From an uncultured Nitrososphaerota archaeon (lineage in GTDB: Archaea > Korarchaeota > Korarchaeia > Korarchaeales > Korarchaeaceae), in assembly GCA_964618805.1 (NCBI GenBank), contig CAZUBM010000041.1:1-10236 (forward strand): a stretch of DNA of 10,236 nt, read 5' to 3'. The notes under the pieces were generated by a model. That model was not told the DNA's origin, did no database searches, and saw nothing but the letters and a program-made list of their open reading frames with translations. Each line of letters opens with the position of its first letter. Positions within the stretch are counted from its first letter, which is position 1. Of the stretch, positions 7,579 through 10,236 are shown piece by piece. Made by a program: the position numbers and the translations under genes.

Positions 7579-7608
7579 TTTCCCAACTCTTAAAAAGGTG
7601 AGGAAGAT

Positions 7609-7701
7609 ATGAGCCAGACCCAAATCATCTTACTGCTAGTAGCGTATATTCTTGGATTGCTCACTGCCATGATAATATTGGCACCGAGGTATACTAGGTG
7701 A
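7609..7701 (+). CDS. 30-aa single-pass membrane peptide (below ORF-track cutoff)
   Basis: MSQTQIILLLVAYILGLLTAMIILAPRYTR*, preceded by SD AAGGTGAGG. Long hydrophobic core and basic tail. Confidence 0.7.
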   Translation: MSQTQIILLLVAYILGLLTAMIILAPRYTR

Positions 7702-7847
7702 TCATCTTTCCCAAACTGAGTATTTTTAGGGTTCACACTCCAATCAGATGCTGAAACGCACAAAAACCCAGCACCGAATGGTGGTGAGGAGGAGAATATG
7801 TTTTGCTCCCGAATCTGTTAAAGTTAACATGGTTGCACACCTTACCT

Positions 7848-7908
7848 AAAATTGCCTGCTAGTACCTGAGAGACGCAAGAAACCTAAAAGGTGCTGACAG
7901 GCAATTTT
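7848..7908. terminator. Long stem-loop between convergent transcription units, probably a bidirectional terminator
   Basis: AAAATTGCCTGCTAGTACCT pairs with AGGTGCTGACAGGCAATTTT (20 bp, 2 G-U, 1 mismatch) around a 21-nt loop, with A and T tracts at the ends. Confidence 0.6.
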
Positions 7909-8028
7909 TGTTGTATGATAATCTCAAAGTGATTGTGATTTTACTTTGGTTGGAGTAAAGCTAAAGATTTGTAAAGCACTATCGGAAATCTATGCGTGGA
8001 TAAGATTGATTTCATCCTCTCTCTTAAA

Positions 8029-8514
8029 TCAATGCCGAGTATTTGGCGAGAAAAGTAAAGAGCATAAAAAGATGATCTGAGGTGATCCATACGCCGTATA
8101 GGTACGGCTGTGCCTCAAACGGTGCCTGAAGCCAATCTTCCATTCTTCATATCCAGGGGCTTGCACCTCTAGAAAAACGTAATCAAGAACCTCACCTGGA
8201 AGGGTAAACTTAAACTCAGAAACATCTTCAGCTATAACCTCACCACCCAATATAACACGGGAAGCTATAACAGGTTCACCAGTGGCAGCATCTCGAATTT
8301 TAGCGATGACTGTCAATCGAGGGTTTGACTCTGGCGTTCCTTCTATAGGCTCAGGAAAGGTTACGATGCTTTCGCCAGGAGCTAGCTTCGTAACTATTGG
8401 AGTTATGATTAGTTCAGGTGTAGTAGCTTTTTTGGATTGGTTGAAGAAGATGCCAACGATAAAGCCGATAGCTAGCAGGATAATGGCGATGGTGATTATC
8501 CCTAGTTTCTTCAC
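8029..8514 (-). CDS. Exported or membrane-anchored protein with carboxypeptidase-regulatory/PEGA-like beta-sandwich (161 aa)
   Basis: Start reassigned to GTG 8514 (AGGAGG 6 nt upstream), giving the signal/TM segment MKKLGIITIAIILLAIGFIVGIFF. A Pro/Thr linker follows, then IRDAATGEPV...LEVQAPGY motifs. Confidence 0.8.
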   Translation of the reverse strand: MKKLGIITIAIILLAIGFIVGIFFNQSKKATTPELIITPIVTKLAPGESIVTFPEPIEGTPESNPRLTVIAKIRDAATGEPVIASRVILGGEVIAEDVSEFKFTLPGEVLDYVFLEVQAPGYEEWKIGFRHRLRHSRTYTAYGSPQIIFLCSLLFSPNTRH

Positions 8515-8576
8515 AAGGGGCCTCCTTTTGAGTGAAAAGATTATCTTCCGCACTTTTTGATACAAACTCCAATACT

Positions 8577-8721
8577 GGTAGTCTCCCTATAAAGAGTTGG
8601 TGAAAGGCGGGGGGACAACAACCGTGGTGAGAATCTCCTCGATGCTCCAGATATGGTCGGTTAACTTCGCTGCCATGGCTAGTGTCCGGCGTAGCCAGCG
8701 TCGTCCTACCTCAAGCCTTGG
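8577..8721 (-). mobile_element. IS1-family insertion sequence remnant (transposase C-terminus plus one end)
   Basis: Frame 8721..8587 reads [44 protein letters not shown], matching the 'RTPAMAAGLTDHIW..EELL' tail of IS1-family transposases. It is followed by an end beginning GGTAGT (8577), consistent with IS1 GGnnnT termini. Confidence 0.8.
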
Positions 8722-9996
8722 TCATGTGGAATTTTGAGGGCTTGCCGGTGGAATAGGATTTTGACTACTAGTTTGCTGAGGAACTCCTGGTGCTGTGATC
8801 TCCTCAGTGCTCTGATGGACGACTTTTCTCGCTGAAGGAGGACAATACATTTTGGCCTGGTGAGCGTAGCGGTCATCAGAGGCGTGAACCAAATTTTCAT
8901 AGAATGATGCAATCATTAGGTCCCTAGGAGAAGAATCCAACAACTCTTGTGCTTCTTCATGAAGAAATGCAAAATTCGATATCTCACTTATGATAATCTT
9001 CCTTTTAAGAGGGTCAGCCGTTAGATACTCGTATGCGAAGGGATAAACTCGTTGAGCAGTACAGCAGAATGCCTGGAGACCACCCCCATACTTCACTACG
9101 ACGTTTTCCCTACGAAGAATAAGGCCCGACAATGCTAGGCAATACAAAGCTTTATTCGGCCACTTCTTCTGATGGAATGCGATTGACAGGCTCGCTAATA
9201 GATGTGAAAACTTAGTAAGGTCAGTGAAGTAGAATGATTCCGGGTTATCACGATCTCTAGCGAATTCACATGATGTCTCTAGGAAGTTCTCGAGAGCGAT
9301 GTCTGGCTGACCAATTTGGAGACGTGTATGACCGTAGATATACATACCATTTCCCAACTCCTGACCAGGCTCAAACTCTTTTGATAGCTCCCGATGAACA
9401 TGGAAGCATCTTAAAGCGTCTTTTAAATGTTCAGTGTGCCACAATACATAAGCAGTTCGCCATAGCAAGCCCAGAGTATATCTGGAAGGGGAAGCCGTGG
9501 CCTGAGCTATAGCCTTATGAGGGTCAAACAAGTCAGGATCCCATTGTCTAGTTTGGAATAGCAATTTCATGCGTATCCGCATATAGGGATTATACTCAGG
9601 GTCATTCCGGATCTCAGGATCCAGCATTTGCATACCCTCCGAAATGAGAGCATTTGCTCTTTGGATATGTCCCTTTGCTTGCTGAATGGCAGCCTCAGCC
9701 CAGTGTGATGGCGAGGGTGGAATGCACTCGGTTGGCCAAACATGGGGTATACCTGAGATGATGAGACCTTCAGCAGTATAGCCAGCAGCTCTCAGAAGTG
9801 CATTCCTTTCACTCGGGGTTAGACCCAGAACATCAGCAACCCTGATGATATTCTCATAATCTGGCCTATGAGTCTCACCGGTTTTCCATCTACGAATTGT
9901 GATGCGGTGGACAAAAATCCTTCTAGCTAATTCTGAATCATTTATTCCTCTGCGATCAATGAACTTCTTGATTAACTCCTCAAAAGTCTCTCCCAT
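8722..9996 (-). CDS. XRE-family HTH transcriptional regulator with TPR-like helical C-terminal region (424 aa)
   Basis: SELARRIFVHRITIRRWKTGETHRP..ENIIRVADVLGLTPSERNALLRAAGY is an XRE HTH. TPR-like helices follow (GMYIYGHTRLQIGQPDIALENFLE). SD GGGAGG. Confidence 0.88.
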   Translation of the reverse strand: MGETFEELIKKFIDRRGINDSELARRIFVHRITIRRWKTGETHRPDYENIIRVADVLGLTPSERNALLRAAGYTAEGLIISGIPHVWPTECIPPSPSHWAEAAIQQAKGHIQRANALISEGMQMLDPEIRNDPEYNPYMRIRMKLLFQTRQWDPDLFDPHKAIAQATASPSRYTLGLLWRTAYVLWHTEHLKDALRCFHVHRELSKEFEPGQELGNGMYIYGHTRLQIGQPDIALENFLETSCEFARDRDNPESFYFTDLTKFSHLLASLSIAFHQKKWPNKALYCLALSGLILRRENVVVKYGGGLQAFCCTAQRVYPFAYEYLTADPLKRKIIISEISNFAFLHEEAQELLDSSPRDLMIASFYENLVHASDDRYAHQAKMYCPPSARKVVHQSTEEITAPGVPQQTSSQNPIPPASPQNST

Positions 9997-10016
9997 TGGT
10001 TTCCTCCCATCTCAAA

Positions 10017-10057
10017 ATGTAACTCAGATGTAACAGTTTTGATGTAGACAATGTAAC
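10017..10057. promoter_or_regulatory. ATGTAAC direct repeats, putative operator array
   Basis: ATGTAAC at 10017, 10028 and 10051, with variant ATGTAGAC at 10042, just upstream of the XRE gene SD. Confidence 0.65.
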
Positions 10058-10135
10058 AAAGCTTATAGTATCCTATTTTGAGTATAGCGATCATATTAAG
10101 TTTGTATCCTTTAGCCATGTCATTCATACATGTAT

Positions 10136-10164
10136 ATCATATCCTAAACACCCGTAAATTGCAA
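10136..10164 (-). promoter_or_regulatory. Sigma-70-type promoter for the XRE-TPR gene
   Basis: Minus strand TTGCAA (10164-10159), 17-bp spacer, TATGAT (10141-10136). Confidence 0.6.
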
Positions 10165-10236
10165 GATACCGAACCTTCACTATAGGGCAATCGCATTTTT
10201 ATCCCATGAGGACTTTAAGTAGATACTTTTCATCCA

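Noticed and set aside
7278-9512. ORFs 7278..7544, 8282..8560, 8706..8912 and 9270..9512
   Set aside because: Antisense or alternative-frame overlaps with better-supported genes.
1-10236. CRISPR array, tRNA, rRNA, integrase or att site
   Set aside because: No regularly spaced repeats, cloverleaf, rRNA-like sequence or recombinase motifs seen. Element boundaries are not visible in this window.

Overview
Accessory, mobile-looking 10.2 kb region with no housekeeping genes, rRNA, tRNA or CRISPR. The left end is a tightly coupled minus-strand operon: an archaeal-type Orc1/Cdc6-like AAA+/winged-helix protein with degenerate catalytic motifs, a small wHTH protein, a hypothetical protein and a truncated RHH-like gene. 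It is divergent from a bacterial ECF-like sigma-70 gene. The middle holds a membrane-anchored hypothetical, a ~236 bp MITE-like inverted-repeat element, a small Cys-containing ORF and a large HTH/NB-ARC/TPR STAND protein. The STAND gene is divergent from a small operon (helical protein, DksA/TraR C4 zinc finger, 30-aa membrane peptide). The right end has an exported protein, an IS1-family remnant and an XRE-HTH/TPR-like regulator with a sigma-70 promoter and ATGTAAC direct repeats. The sigma factor, DksA/TraR, SD sites and -35/-10 promoters indicate a bacterial host, with Chloroflexota my inference from protein style. That makes the Orc1/Cdc6-like module the most unusual element. All family calls come from motif recognition by eye, not from searches.
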